Assembly (NCBI RefSeq): GCF_032444005.1
Contig: NC_091288.1
Location: forward strand, 217,062,001 to 217,126,000
Length of the DNA stretch: 64,000 bases
Source of the DNA: Ranitomeya imitator
Taxonomy: Eukaryota
Reading direction: 5' to 3'
A model generated the notes under the pieces. It ran no database searches and was not told the origin of the DNA. It worked only from the letters and a program-made list of their open reading frames with translations. Each line of letters begins with the position of its first letter. Positions within the stretch are counted from its first letter, which is position 1. This document shows positions 12,200 through 24,652 of this stretch, one piece after another. The position numbers were made by a program, and so were the translations under genes.

Positions 12200-13075
12200 A
12201 GTGACGGTGTAAGAAGATGAACCGGACCGGGGATGCCTCTCTTGCACCGTTCCGGAACTGTCGGGACTGTCACCATTGTTGCACTGGGAAGAGTTTTATG
12301 GCCCGGATCTACCTATGCATGTCAGCAGGGGGCGGGTCAGAGATAAAAAGGGCTGTGTGCGGGGAAAAAGGCAGGCGTCCTGGCGGGGAGACTGCGCGTG
12401 CCGCAGGGTGAGGTGAAGGCCTTTTTAGTGGAGCTTCTCATGAGCGCAGGCCCACCCCCCTGTGACCGTGTCCACTGATCGCGGACATCAGACTGCTACA
12501 CACCTGTCGTCCTCCGTTTTCTGGAGGTGACTCACATGTGAGACCAGTGACTGCTGCGGGCGTGCGGCCTAACCGAGACCAGGTGACTTGTCCAGAGCAC
12601 AGACTCTTCACCCGCAAACACCACGGAGCAGAGCCACGCTCCAACGGTATCGCACATAGAACTGATGCTAGTACGAGGAAACCGTGGGAACGGGCACGCA
12701 CCTAGTTCAGTAAAGACTCTCTGCCTGCATCGAGGAACCGGACCTCCGTCTACCCAGGACAACCCAGATACATCACGTGCCGCGGTTAGTGCCACCGTTG
12801 AAGACCAAGACGCTGCAATCAAGAAGTCGACAGACTGATACTCTTCTTCTCATTTTGAACATTCTTGTTTCCCCTCCATCCCTCCAATTTCAGTATTTTA
12901 TACTCCCTACCTCCCATACCTATTTTCTCCCTGACAGGAGTTTACATCTGTTAATAAATTTAACTCTTGATCTGCCTCCCGTCCGTGACTACATCCCGAT
13001 CCCTGCAATTCTACGTCATGCCTCAAGGTGCCACATTGATTTACAAATCAGAAGAGGCACCAGAGATGGTGTCAG
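12200..13075 (+). mobile_element. Possible LTR remnant
   Basis: GC-rich segment with a TATA-like GATAAAAAGGG, AATAAA near 12953, then TGGTGTCAGGA (resembles a tRNA-Leu PBS) near 13067. Ends and TSD not resolved. Confidence 0.3.
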
Positions 13076-14003
13076 GAAGGAGGCGGTTCATTAGCCTTCC
13101 ATTCGGCGGTCACCGAGTACTGACTAGGCCATTGGACCAGGGTCCTACCAATCAAATTATTATTTTTTTTAATCTGGTTTAGTGTTTAAGGGGATCTGGT
13201 CTCTGGTCTTTATATACTTTTATAGGGTCTAATTACCAGTCTGCATTTTGTGGGGTCTGATGTGATGTCAGGTTGCTGTCACTTGTGCATTGTCTGCCTG
13301 GGATGGTGGGAGGTTTCTGATTTTCTGATCTCTTCATTAGATCTGTGTCTCTTCTCGGATCATGATTCTGTGACTTTTTCCACAGCTCCGTGCTGAGAAC
13401 AAGGATAATTTTAGCGTTACTGTACATCCCATTTTGGCCGTCACCTTTTACGAGGGCCAGGAATAGCCGGTAATCCTATCCTGCTCGCTCAGTGTCTTTC
13501 CCGGCCGCTGACCAGGCAGAATTCCTGCCCCTCGTAGCGAGATCCATTGTGAAGCTTTTCCAAACAAAAATAAAAATACATTCCTCATAAATATCGGTTG
13601 TCCTCATCTGTCAATTAATGAAAAACTTCTTGGATGTTTGGGTGCTAAACAATATACCAATATGGCTGGCAGTATTCGTCTTACAAAGGGAGTTGTCACT
13701 CATTTTTTCCCAGGCTCATAACTAGTAAGTCCACCAGATTAATGCAGGTTTTACACTCGGCCATATTGGTGGTCATCCAGTTCTCCCAAGATCTGTTTAC
13801 TGGGTTTTGGTCTCAGTAACCTTGGACTGTGAGTTTGTTGTGGGGACACTCAGGTGGCAGATCAGGTTCACACTACGTACTTGAAGACTCAGCCGAGTGT
13901 AATGATCAGAAAGAACAGCTGAGACGTGCAGGACGCTACAACAGCTGAAGTCTAAAGTGAACTCGGCACTGTTGCCGATGCGCTCCACTCCTTGCTGGAC
14001 TCG

Positions 14004-15548
14004 ATGGCGACTGCAGATCTGAAGGACGAGCTGAATTGTTCCATATGCCTCAATATCTACACTGAGCCTGTAACTCTGAGATGTGGCCACAGCTTCTGTC
14101 AGGGGTGTATCCGATCAGTACTGGACAGGCAAGATGGGGTTGGCATCTACACCTGCCCAGAATGCCGCGCAGAATACCAAAAGCGCCCACCATTGCGAAG
14201 GAACTTGAAGCTTTGTAACATCGTGGAGCATTTCCAGTCAACACAACCAGAGGGGAAGCCTCCCGGGATCTTCTGCACCTACTGCGTCCATGCCTCCGTC
14301 CCCGCAGTCAAGACTTGCCTCATGTGCGAAGCTTCTCTGTGCAGTGTCCATCTGAGCGTTCACAGCAAATCCACTGACCACGTATTGACGGAGCCCACCA
14401 GCTCCATGGACAACAGAAAATGTGCCACACACCAGGAGATGCTAAAGTATTACTGCTGTAAAGATGCCGCCTGCATCTGCGTGTCATGTTGCGTGTTTGG
14501 AGATCATCGAGGACATCAGGTGGAACTTCTCAAAGAGGCTTCTGAGAAGAAGAAAGAAAAACTGACAAAAGTTCTGGAAAAGCTGTCCTCAAAACGTGAA
14601 GAGACGGAGAAGAGCGTGCAAAGCTTACAAGATCACAAGAGAGGAGTCCAGGAGAAAGCCGCAAACATGACGACAAAGGTGACTGCTCTGTTTAAGGACA
14701 TCAGAGCCCAGATCCAAGCTCTGGAGGAACGGGTCTTGAGTGACATCTCCAGACAGAGGGATAAGGTCTCTCTTTCAGTCACTGATCTGATCCAGCAACT
14801 GGAGATAAAGAAGGAGGAGTTGTCCAGGAAGATGACGTACATCGAAGAGCTGTGCAAAGTGCCCGATCCACTCGCCATCCTACAGGGACGGGACGTCAGC
14901 AGAGCTGAGCCAGATGAAGGACTTGGTAAGAGGCTACTGGTTGTAGGTGATCTTGATGAAGTTCTAACCTCGTTGACCCTACAGTCGTCTTTATCCAGTA
15001 TTGTGACCGACTTAAAGCAAAATGTGAACATCCAAAACTTACTGCTGGACATTAAGACAGCGGCCGTTGATGTGGCTGTGTCCGGAGACCTGAAGAGTGC
15101 TACGTGGTCCAAGACCCCGATCTGGACAAAAGCTTCACAAAGATTTAAAAACTTTTGTCAGGTTCTGAGTTTTCAGAGTTTTGGCTCCGGAAAGATTTAC
15201 TGGGAAGTGGAGACCAGTGAACTAGGGAATTGGAGAGTGGGGGTGGCATATCCCAGCATGGAGAGGAAGGGAGATCTGTCCGGGATAGGCCAGAACAACA
15301 AATCCTGGTGCCTTCGCCTGTGTCAGAAGGATTATCTCGTCGCTCACGCTGCAAAAGAGATTCCACTACAGATGGAGACCTCGCTGCAGAGACTAGGGGT
15401 ATTCCTGGACTACGAGGCAGGGCGGCTGTCCTTCTATCAGCTTTGTGACCCCATTCAACATTTGCACACCTTCACTGCCACCTTCACAGAGCCTCTTCAT
15501 GCAGTGTTTCTGGTATGGCGGGATGGTTGGGTGAGAATCCGGAGCTAG
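14004..15548 (+). CDS. Second intronless class IV TRIM E3 ligase (RING, two B-boxes, coiled coil, PRY/SPRY), 514 aa
   Basis: MATADLKDELNCSICLNIY..CGHSFC..CPEC, two B-boxes, YWEVE, LGVFLDYEAGRLSFY. The ATG at 14004 is preferred over the TTG start at 13992 because it aligns with the first TRIM start. Confidence 0.95.
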   Translation: MATADLKDELNCSICLNIYTEPVTLRCGHSFCQGCIRSVLDRQDGVGIYTCPECRAEYQKRPPLRRNLKLCNIVEHFQSTQPEGKPPGIFCTYCVHASVPAVKTCLMCEASLCSVHLSVHSKSTDHVLTEPTSSMDNRKCATHQEMLKYYCCKDAACICVSCCVFGDHRGHQVELLKEASEKKKEKLTKVLEKLSSKREETEKSVQSLQDHKRGVQEKAANMTTKVTALFKDIRAQIQALEERVLSDISRQRDKVSLSVTDLIQQLEIKKEELSRKMTYIEELCKVPDPLAILQGRDVSRAEPDEGLGKRLLVVGDLDEVLTSLTLQSSLSSIVTDLKQNVNIQNLLLDIKTAAVDVAVSGDLKSATWSKTPIWTKASQRFKNFCQVLSFQSFGSGKIYWEVETSELGNWRVGVAYPSMERKGDLSGIGQNNKSWCLRLCQKDYLVAHAAKEIPLQMETSLQRLGVFLDYEAGRLSFYQLCDPIQHLHTFTATFTEPLHAVFLVWRDGWVRIRS

Positions 15549-16310
15549 GATTACAAACACAGATGACCCTGGTCCCGCCGGATGGAAGCCCTTCGAGCCT
15601 TATCCTAACTGCTAGCATCTCTGGTGCCTCTTCTAATTGGTAGGACTTGTGTGATGTCCATGTATGCGTTGTGCTGCAACAATGACGTCACGCTGAGCTT
15701 GCCAATCAGAAGATGAGTTGAGGATTGCTGCAGGTGGCAAGGTGGAGGTTTGGGGGACTTCCAACTGGTGGCCACTTAGTAGTGGTGGGTACTGGGCCAG
15801 GGTCCTACGAATTGTTTCACTCCCCTTTAATTACGAACGGAATAAAGATGGGAAGCGCTAATTTTAAAGGAACACTCCAGACAAAACTCAGTGGGTGGAG
15901 CCCTAGACGGCATTATAGTGCTCCACCCCAGAAAGGCTCCTCATGAGCTTTGCTAAAGTTTCCCTTTTTAAAGCTGCTTGTCAAACCCTATTAATGTAAA
16001 AGGATACCCTGATCTACACAAATGATCCCTTGTGTGCTGGATCAAGGTGGGCCTGAACATTGGGACTTGGTGATCAACAGAATGGAGGACTTTCCATTCT
16101 CCCTTGACCTCAAGACCATGGCGCGAGCTGTTGACTTGAGTGCAGGTGGCTGTAGACTCTGTTCATCAGTCGTGGGGCCTGAATGGAGCTTCATTCAGAC
16201 AAGGTCTTCCGGCCAGGGGAGAACGGCGATTGATGGGTGTCCCAATGATCTATCCAGTGGTTATTTGATCATTCTGTGTAGATCAAAACCGTGTAATGAA
16301 AACTTGTGGG

Positions 16311-16338
16311 ATACGTACGTACGTACGTACGTACGTAC
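16311..16338. repeat. (ACGT)n self-complementary microsatellite
   Basis: gatacgtacgtacgtacgtacgtacgtac. Confidence 0.85.
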
Positions 16339-16345
16339 AAAAAGC

Positions 16346-16633
16346 GAAGGAAAGGATGGCACTCACCGACCCATTAAAACATCCCTTTTAATGAAGTACC
16401 ATAAAAAAAAACAGCTCCAGGAGAGTCTAGTGTGGAGTGACTGGAAGACGGACGTTTGGCCCAATGTGCACTTCTATGGGTCCTGCACTTCTACCAGGAC
16501 CAATAGAAGTGCACATTGCGCAAAACGGCCGTCGTCCAGCCACTCCACACAGGACTCTCCTGGAGCTGTTTTTTTATGGTACTTCATTAAAAGGCATGTT
16601 TTAATGGGTCGGTGAGTGCCATCCTTTTCCTTC
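16346..16633. mobile_element. Fold-back (almost fully palindromic) MITE-like element
   Basis: GAAGGAAAGGATGGCACTCACCGACCCATTAAAAC...GTTTTAATGGGTCGGTGAGTGCCATCCTTTTCCTTC; the arms pair almost to the centre. Confidence 0.85.
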
Positions 16634-16784
16634 ACATTTTGGACATTGACTTTATTTGATTGCATGGATTGGCTTCCGAGAGCCCGGGGACGGGTCTAAT
16701 CAGTGGCCAGAAGGTGTTGCAGCAGTGTGGAGATATAGCCTAGCGGCTTTAGATCAACGTATGATTTTGGGATGTGCGGTTCAT

Positions 16785-16822
<38 letters not shown>

Positions 16823-17282
16823 AAAGCATGTTCTAGTCTTCTTGGACCAGCACTCCTCCCATTTGGCACAGGTGATTTTAATTAGCAGGAGACTGTACAG
16901 GGGTCTAGCCCATTTTGGCTCTCACTGAAGAGCTGGAGGAAGGTGAGTTTAAGTGCTCCTTTCATTTTGGTGCTGGTGCTGTGTGGTGGCCATTGTTGCC
17001 GTGGCTTTGTGCTGGAGGGGCGGCGCGGTCTGGAGTCATGGTGACTCAGTCTTGCAGCATGGGTGCTGTGGGGCAACAGGCCGTCCGCCCTGCTGGTGCA
17101 TGGCCGCTGTGGTGGTGGGCGCCGCACGGCTCCGCTCCGTTAGGGCGATAGGACCCACTACGAGGTTTGCCGTGAAGGGGCAGTGGGCTTCATACAGTCT
17201 GATCAGAATGTTAAACTGAAAACCTCATATTCAGTTATATTAATTTTTGCCTAGCGGCTTTAGATCAACGTATGATTTTGGG

Positions 17283-17435
17283 NNNNNNNNNNNNNNNNNN
17301 NNNNNNNNNNNNNNNNNNNNNNNNNNNNNNNNNNNNNNNNNNNNNNNNNNNNNNNNNNNNNNNNNNNNNNNNNNNNNNNNNNNNNNNNNNNNNNNNNNNN
17401 NNNNNNNNNNNNNNNNNNNNNNNNNNNNNNNNNNN
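17283..17435. other. Assembly gap (N run)
   Basis: 153 Ns. The 34 bp just before the gap (17249-17282) duplicate the sequence starting at 16738. Confidence 0.99.
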
Positions 17436-18764
17436 CTCTGGTTGTGAAACCACACGATAAGGTAAAATATGGTTATCTTGTATATTTTGCTTGCAATACT
17501 TCTGTTGACCACATGGTTCGCTGTTCAAAAATATCCTACAGAAACATGAAGCGCATAAGATCCACATCTATACAAAGCTCCACCCAGTGGTGAAAACACT
17601 TATTGCAGTCATTTACATTTATTCTGCAAATAAATATATTAATTATAATTAATTATATATAAATAATAATCTGCAAAACTCCATTTAGTCCTCATGTGGA
17701 ATATGAATGAATATTTCATGTGTGTGACACAAATGTATCTCGCTTGTCTGTTAAATTTTACTACTTTATGGGTTATTTTTTGATGTTACTCTCCGTATGC
17801 AGAAACCCATCAATAAACCTTTCCTTCTGATGAATTATGAGACTTTTACATTTTTGGTCTTCTCCGCCGTCTCCTCCACTGGACATATCTGGCCACATTC
17901 TCTAGGTTTGTGGCCTTTCCACTACTTCTCCATGACCCTCCACACCCTCTTATTCCTTGCTCATGTTTCTACCTGGATGAGCCCCATTTCCCCAGGAGTC
18001 CTATTGCAGTTGCCTATTCTGCCTCTTTAGGAAGTCAAGACTTTCAATAAGTTGTGGGGCTTCGGCAAACTTTAATTTATGGAGGCAACCATGGAAATTA
18101 ATGAGGAGGGGATTAAAATGTCCTTCAAATTGGTGTTCTCCTACTGGTCTGTATAGATTGATGGTGACTATATAGGTTGTCACCCAGATTTTCCCAAAAA
18201 TTGCTGATTGAGTCTGTGAGGATCAGGGTTTTTTTTTTTTTCTCTAGACATGTTTATTATGTGCACTCGATGGCGGCATAACCACTGTAAGTCCTAAACA
18301 CTGCAACTACGGAAAGACCTCCACCCCAAGAAATTTGCTGCAGACCATCATATCTTTGGATCTGGGAATCTGCCGGACATTTCTCTGTCCACTATATAGT
18401 GTAATTATGTAACACACCGCCACCGTCAGCCCATAGCACATATGGAGGGGCGACATTACACGGTGTGACATTACCGCAGCGCTGCAGCAGCTGACTCACA
18501 TCCTGGGCTCAGCTTTTGCACAAGGCTCCCAGAGTGATGTTTCCGTTCTTAGCCCAAACCTGAGAAGAAAAAAAACAGCAACATCTAAATGTGCAATTGT
18601 CAGAGCCGCATCCATTGGGGTGTCGGGGGCTGCGTAAGACGGGTTCTCAAAGACCCGAAAAGTTAAAGTCCTGAGGTTATGGAAACCAATGACCAGTAGG
18701 GCTCAGCTGCCAACGGTTCTTCCCAAGGTGATGTCATAGTTCCATATAGTGCTGAGATAATACG

Positions 18765-19105
18765 GCCATATACAGCCCATGTACTAGAACCATATAGTGT
18801 CAATGCGACCATATGCAGCCCATGTAATACCACCATATAGTGTCAATGCGGCCATTTACAGCCCATGTAATACCACCATATAGTGTCAATGCGACCATAT
18901 ACAGCCCATGTACTAGAACCATATAGTGTCAATGCGACAATATACAGCGCATGTACTACCACCATATAGTGTCAATGCGACAATATACAGCGCATGTACT
19001 ACCACCATATAGTGTCAATGCGGCCATATACAGCCCATGTACTACCACCATATAATGTCAATGCGGCCATATACAGCCCATGTACTACCACCATATAGTG
19101 TCAAG
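18765..19105. repeat. 43-bp minisatellite, about 8 copies
   Basis: CCATATAGTGTCAATGCGRCCATATACAGCCCATGTACTACCA; period 43 seen at 18791, 18834, 18877. Confidence 0.9.
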
Positions 19106-19509
19106 ATATTATTGCCACATAATCCCACCTTATAGTGCCAAGATAATACGGCCATACTATGCGAAGGTAATGCTGCCATGTAAAGCCAACATAATGCCAT
19201 AATATAATGACCAAGATAATATGAAATAAGATAATACTGCAATTCAAATCTAAAAGTTCACATTTTTTGTGATATTTTTCCTGCCGATGTAGAAGGGAAG
19301 ACCGGGCTGCTGCCAGAGCTGCTGAAGCGCTGGGTCCGGAACTGCTGGGGCCGAACCTCCTGTTCCTGGGAGGAACGAGATTGCAGCCGGAGTGAGCCAG
19401 TAACCAGGGTGAAAGGGGAGTGGCCAGTCAGTTTGAGGTAAAATGGGTTGCGTGGCAACGGAAGCGGTCTTACCGCCAGAACGCTGATGAGGTACAGACC
19501 GCAAACGCT

Positions 19510-20977
19510 GAGAGGGGAGCGACAGGCCGGGGCGTGAAGAGAAAGGGCGGCATAGTGAGGGACTCACCGAAGCCGGCGGTGCGCAGGGGAGCATGCGATC
19601 GATGGAGCGACAGGCCGGGGCGTGAAGAGAAAGGGCGGCATAGGGACTCACCAAAGCCGGCGGGTGCGCAGGGGAGCATGCGATCGATGGAGTGACCGGC
19701 CGCGGCGTGAGAAAGTGCAGCATAGTGAGGGACTCCCCGAAACCGGCGGTGCGCAGGGGAGCGTGCGCTCGACGGAGCGACAGGCTGGGGCGTGAAGAGA
19801 AAGGGCGGCATAGTGAGGGACCCACTGAAACCGGCGAGTACGCAGGGGAGCGTGCGATCGACGGAGCGACAGGCTGGGGCGTGAAGAGAAAGGGCGGCAT
19901 AGTGAGGGACTCACTGAAACCGGCGGTGCGCAGGGGAGCGTGCGCTCGACGGAGCGACAGGCTGGGGCGTGAAGAGAAAGGGCGGCATAGTGAGGGACTC
20001 ACTGAAACCGGCGAGTACACAGGGGAGCGTGCGATCGACGGAGCGACAGGCTGGGGCGTGAAGAGAAAGGGCGGCATAGTGAGGGACTCACTGAAACCGG
20101 CGAGTACACAGGGGAGCATGCGATCGACGGAGCGACAGGCTGGAGCATGAAGAGAAAGGGCGGCATAATGAGGGATGTAACGGGGTCTACCAAGCTGGGG
20201 TACCTCTGTGAGTACCAACCCGTGTTTCAGGAGGTCCACTTTGCTTTGGCTTGAGTCTGAATGAAGGACGCTGGCAGGAGTTCCTTGGTTACATGGGCGC
20301 ATATAAAAGATCACTGTTTCTCCACATATTTCCAGTCTGACAACACTTTACTCACAGGACACAGAATATATAACACAGATACACAGGGCAGGCCAATAGA
20401 AAAGCGGCAGGCCAGACAAGCATTACAATAGCTGCAGGTGGCCGGAGCCTGCCGATATTTACTGTGGGAATTACAAAGGTGGGGGACGGACAAAAGGGGA
20501 ATATCGTGTCCCCTCTGCCCAGGGGCGCAGCCTGTGGGCTGATGCATCTCCCATGGAACCTATTATACATACATATAACTGCACAACATATTCTGGGTGC
20601 TGAGTGGTTCCGTAACAAGGGACTCACCGAAACCGGCAGTGCGCAGGGGAGCGTGCGATATGTGGGGCGACAGGCCGGGGAGTGAAGAGAAAGGGCGGCC
20701 TAGTGAGGGACTCACTGAAACCGGTGGGTGTGCAGGGGAGCGTGCGATCGACGGAGAGACAGGCCGGGACGTGAAGAGAAAGGGCGGCATAGTGAGGGAC
20801 TCACTGAAACCAGTGGGTGTGCAGGGGAGCATGCGATCGACGGAGCGACAGGCCGGGGTGTGAAGAGAAAGGGCGGCATAGTGAGGTACTCACTGAAACC
20901 GGTGGGTGTGCAGGGGAGCGTGCGATTGACTGAGAAACAAGCCTTGGCGTGAAGAGAAAGGGCGGCATAGTGAGGGC
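19510..20977. repeat. GC/CpG-rich 88-89-bp tandem repeat interrupted by a solo LTR
   Basis: Unit GTGAAGAGAAAGGGCGGCATAGTGAGGGACTCACTGAAACCGGCG...; starts at 19792, 19881, 19969, 20058. Confidence 0.92.
20176..20617. mobile_element. Solo LTR (442 bp)
   Basis: TGTAACGG...CCGTAACA ends with a 5-bp TSD AGGGA (20171-75 and 20618-22) that matches the host repeat unit. Confidence 0.9.
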
Positions 20978-21118
20978 CTAGTTAGTTAACCAACTGTTTA
21001 GTTAACCAATGTTTATTCAGTTTTTCCTTTGTACCCTGTTTACCCTGCTATCTCCCTGTAAATTTTCCCACTGTTAAATAATTAAATATAGTTTATCCCT
21101 GCTCTGCAGCATTTGTTA

Positions 21119-21402
21119 GGCTACGTTCACATTTGCGTTGCGTCGGGCGCAGGTTCGGCGACGCATAGCGACGCATGCGTCATGCGCCCCTATATTTAAC
21201 ATGGGGGCGCATGGACATGTGTTGTCTTGCGTTTTGTGATGCATGCGTCTTTTTTGGCGCAAGCGTCAGGGCGCAGTGGACGCAGCATGTTGCATTTTTT
21301 GCGCCAAAAATCATGCCAAAAAAGGACGCATGCGTCACAAAACAATGCGTCTTGCGTTGCGTCGCCGACGCAACGCACAACAACGCAAATGTGAACGTAG
21401 CC
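21119..21402. mobile_element. PIF/Harbinger-type MITE
   Basis: Perfect TIR GGCTACGTTCACATTTGCGTTG / CAACGCAAATGTGAACGTAGCC, TTA duplication (21116-18 and 21403-05). Confidence 0.9.
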
Positions 21403-21405
21403 TTA

Positions 21406-24329
21406 CTGCATCCCAGCACCTGCCTACCTCCTCTAAACTGCATGCTCGCAAACGCCAGAAGCCTGACAAACAAGATGGAAGAACTAGAAGCAGAAATATC
21501 TACAGGTAACTTTGACATAGTGGGAATAACCGAGACATGGTTAGATGAAAGCTATGACTGGGCAGTTAACTTACAGGGTTACAGTCTGTTTAGAAAGGAT
21601 CGTAAAAATCGGAGAGGAGGAGGGGTTTGTCTCTATGTAAAGTCTTGTCTAAAGTCCACTTTAAGGGAGGATATTAGCGAAGGAAATGAGGATGTCGAGT
21701 CCATATGGGTCGAAATTCATGGAGGGGAAAAATGGTAACAAAATTCTCATTGGGGTCTGTTACAAACCCCCAAATATAACAGAAACCATGGAAAGTCTAC
21801 TTCTAAAGCAGATAGATGAAGCTGCAACCCATAATGAGGTCCTGGTTATGGGGGACTTTAACTACCCGGATATTAACTGGGAAACAGAAACCTGTGAAAC
21901 CCATAAAGGCAACAGGTTTCTGCTAATAACCAAGAAAAATTATCTTTCACAATTGGTGCAGAATCCAACCAGAGGAGCAGCACTTTTAGACCTAATACTA
22001 TCTAATAGACCTGACAGAATAACAAATCTGCAGGTGGTCGGGCATCTAGGAAATAGCGACCACAATATTGTACAGTTTCACCTGTCTTTCACTAGGGGGA
22101 CTTGTCAGGGAGTCACAAAAACACTGAACTTTAGGAAGGCAAAGTTTGACCAGCTTAGAGATGCCCTTAATCTGGTAGACTGGGACAATATCCTCAGAAA
22201 TGAGAATACAGATAATAAATGGGAAATGTTTAAGAACATCCTAAATAGGCAGTGTAAGCGGTTTATACCTTGTGGGAATAAAAGGACTAGAAATAGGAAA
22301 AACCCAATGTGGCTAAACAAAGAAGTAAGACAGGCAATTAACAGTAAAAAGAAAGCATTTGCACTACTAAAGCAGGATGGCACCATTGAAGCTCTAAAAA
22401 ACTATAGGGAGAAAAATACTTTATCTAAAAAACTAATTAAAGCTGCCAAAAAGGAAACAGAGAAGCACATTGCTAAGGAGAGTAAAACTAATCCCAAACT
22501 GTTCTTCAACTATATCAATAGTAAAAGAATAAAAACTGAAAATGTAGGCCCCTTAAAAAATAGTGAGGAAAGAATGGTTGTAGATGACGAGGAAAAAGCT
22601 AACATATTAAACACCTTCTTCTCCACGGTATTCACGGTGGAAAATGAAATGCTAGGTGAAATCCCAAGAAACAATGAAAACCCTATATTAAGGGTCACCA
22701 ATCTAACCCAAGAAGAGGTGCGAAACCGGCTAAATAAGATTAAAATAGATAAATCTCCGGGTCCGGATGGCATACACCCACGAGTACTAAGAGAACTAAG
22801 TAATGTAATAGATAAACCATTATTTCTTATTTTTAGGGACTCTATAGCGACAGGGTCTGTTCCGCAGGACTGGCGCATAGCAAATGTGGTGCCAATATTC
22901 AAAAAGGGCTCTAAAAGTGAACCTGGAAATTATAGGCCAGTAAGTCTAACCTCTATTGTTGGTAAAATATTTGAAGGGTTTCTGAGGGATGTTATTCTGG
23001 ATTATCTCAATGAGAATAACTGTTTAACTCCATATCAGCATGGGTTTATGAGAAATCGCTCCTGTCAAACCAATCTAATCAGTTTTTATGAAGAGGTAAG
23101 CTATAGGCTGGACCACGGTGAGTCATTGGACGTGGTATATCTCGATTTTTCCAAAGCGTTTGATACCGTGCCGCACAAGAGGTTGGTACACAAAATGAGA
23201 ATGCTTGGTCTGGGGGAAAATGTGTGTAAATGGGTTAGTAACTGGCTTAGTGATAGAAAGCAGAGGGTGGTTATAAATGGTATAGTCTCTAACTGGGTCG
23301 CTGTGACCAGTGGGGACCGCAGGGGTCGGTATTGGGACCTGTTCTCTTCAACATATTCATTAATGATCTGGTAGAAGGTTTACACAGTAAAATATCGATA
23401 TTTGCAGATGATACAAAACTATGTAAAGCAGTTAATACAAGAGAAGATAGTATTCTGCTACAGATGGATCTGGATAGGTTGGAAACTTGGGCTGAAAGGT
23501 GGCAGATGAGGTTTAACAATGATAAATGTAAGGTTCTACACATGGGAAGAGGGAATCAATATCACCATTACACACTGAACGGGAAACCACTGGGTAAATC
23601 TGACAGGGAGAAGGACTTGGGGATCCTAGTTAATGATAAACTTACCTGGAGCAGCCAGTGCCAGGCAGCAGCTGCCAAGGCAAACAGGATCATGGGGTGC
23701 ATTAAAAGAGGTCTGGATACACATGATGAGAGCATTATACTGCCTCTGTACAAATCCCTAGTTAGACCGCACATGGAGTACTGTGTCCAGTTTTGGGCAC
23801 CGGTGCTCAGGAAGGATATAATGGAACTAGAGAGAGTACAAAGGAGGGCAACAAAATTAATAAAGGGGATGGGAGAACTACAATACCCAGATAGATTAGC
23901 GAAATTAGGATTATTTAGTCTAGAAAAAAAGACGACTGAGGGGCGATCTAATAACCATGTATAAGTATATAAGGGGACAATACAAATATCTCGCTGAGGA
24001 TCTGTTTATACCAAGGAAGGTGACGGGCACAAGGGGGCATTCTTTGCGTCTGGAGGAGAGAAGGTTTTTCCACCAACATAGAAGAGGATTCTTTACTGTT
24101 AGGGCAGTGAGAATCTGGAATTGTTTGCCTGAGGAGGTGGTGATGGCGAACTCAGTCGAGGGGTTCAAGAGAGGCCTGGATGTCTTCCTGGAGCAGAACA
24201 ATATTGTATCATACAATTATTAGGTTCTGTAGAAGGCCGTAGATCTGGGTATTTATTATGATGGAATATAGGCTGAACTGGATGGACAAATGGCTTTTTT
24301 CGGCCTTACTAACTATGTTACTATGTTAC
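21406..24329 (+). mobile_element. CR1 LINE: complete ORF2 (APE endonuclease + RT) with three frameshifts and an intact 3' end
   Basis: LNCMLANARSL, VGITETW, GGGVCLYV, MGDFN, SDHN (endonuclease); SPGPDG, YRPVSL, QHGF, YLDFSKAFD, FADD (RT). Frame changes near 21725, 23320 and 23930. 3' UTR ends GCTGAACTGGATGGAC...(TATGTTAC)2. Confidence 0.95.
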
Positions 24330-24652
24330 CTGCTTATTACACCAGCACATCAGGGTTTGGAACAGATTTTTCGCTGTGAATACTGCCCATGTGAACAGAG
24401 CCTAATACTTTGCTTTTTTCCTGGAGTTCTTGTCACCAGGACCCGATCTCACAGATCATTTATGAGGTTACTGAGCTCTAAAACTGAGCATGATATACAC
24501 CGGTATTATAATGTAAGCATATGTATAAGGGACCAGCTGGTATAACCTAGGCGTGCACTGTATATAATTCCATATGTGCAGCCGGTATAACCTGGGTGTC
24601 TCCTGTATATAATTATATATGTACAGCTGGTATAACCTGGGTATCTCATGTA

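Noticed and set aside
15683-15706. TGACGTCA (CRE) plus CCAAT downstream of the second TRIM
   Set aside because: Short motifs expected by chance, with no gene start nearby.
16022-16615. 197-aa ORF
   Set aside because: Runs through a microsatellite and a palindromic MITE; no recognisable domain.
17249-17282. 34-bp direct repeat of the sequence starting at 16738
   Set aside because: It abuts the N gap and is most likely a contig-end overlap artefact.
19250-20952. 354-aa and other Pro/Arg-rich ORFs
   Set aside because: Products of the 88-89-bp GC-rich array and the solo LTR.
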